From Takakia lepidozioides (taxonomy: Eukaryota; Plantae; Bryophyta), in the NCBI GenBank assembly GCA_030704615.1, contig CM060733.1:52824001-52888000 (forward strand): a stretch of DNA of 64,000 nt, written 5' to 3'. The position numbers were made by a program, and so were the translations under genes. Every line of letters begins with the position of its first letter. Within the stretch, counting starts at the first letter, position 1. The notes below the pieces were generated by a model. The model had not been told where the DNA came from. It saw only the letters and a program-made list of their open reading frames with translations, and did no database searches. Below are positions 63,871 through 64,000 of this stretch, in pieces.

Positions 63871-64000
63871 CAAACATATGGATTTCGTTTACGGAACCAG
63901 GGCAAATGCACATGCAATTCATTGTAAGCGTCTATCTGTGAATTGAAATAAATGTGACAATCATTCTGAGCTCAAATCTGCCATGTTTTCATATTTCTGT

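Larger units (their letters stand above)
50159..64000. mobile_element. CACTA-type left terminus at 50159; probable large DNA transposon extending beyond the window
   Basis: CACTACAAGAGA followed by GACTAC-type subterminal repeats to about 50600. No matching right TIR was seen and the 5' repeat of retrotransposon copy 3 does not reappear. The extent is inferred. Confidence 0.55.

Overview
Eukaryotic, TE-rich plant DNA. The intron style and the KUP/HAK gene suggest a non-seed land plant, but that is inference. Host content: an intact 10-exon KUP/HAK/KT potassium transporter (18889-24167, minus, 776 aa by my splicing), a trihelix Myb/SANT ORF, a GNAT pseudogene and a possible small two-exon secreted-peptide gene. 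The window holds three minus-strand copies of one unusual Ty3/Gypsy-type retrotransposon (1-6011, 26303-38299, about 39116-49790). Its layout is Gag - aspartic protease - DNMT3-like C5 cytosine methyltransferase - conserved in-frame UAG-CAA-CCA (readthrough-type signal) - RT - RNase H - DDE integrase - PHD finger. The complete copy (26303-38299) has a 4-bp TSD inside a tRNA-derived SINE and split terminal repeats (B ... A-gc-B-A) instead of two equal LTRs. It also has a Tf1-like self-priming site instead of a tRNA PBS, and spliced host mRNA fragments (GMP synthase, SUMO E2, a YaaW-like protein) in its 5' region. A non-autonomous CACTA element (40327-44742, TSD CCT) interrupts copy 3. A second CACTA-type left end at 50159 opens a region running off the window. 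That region contains a multi-exon ParB-like + N6/N4 amino-methyltransferase-fold gene, an intronic array of long palindromes and a divergent Mutator-like SWIM transposase. Many 1-bp indels in the repeats may be consensus errors rather than decay. All domain calls are by motif recognition by eye; no searches were run.
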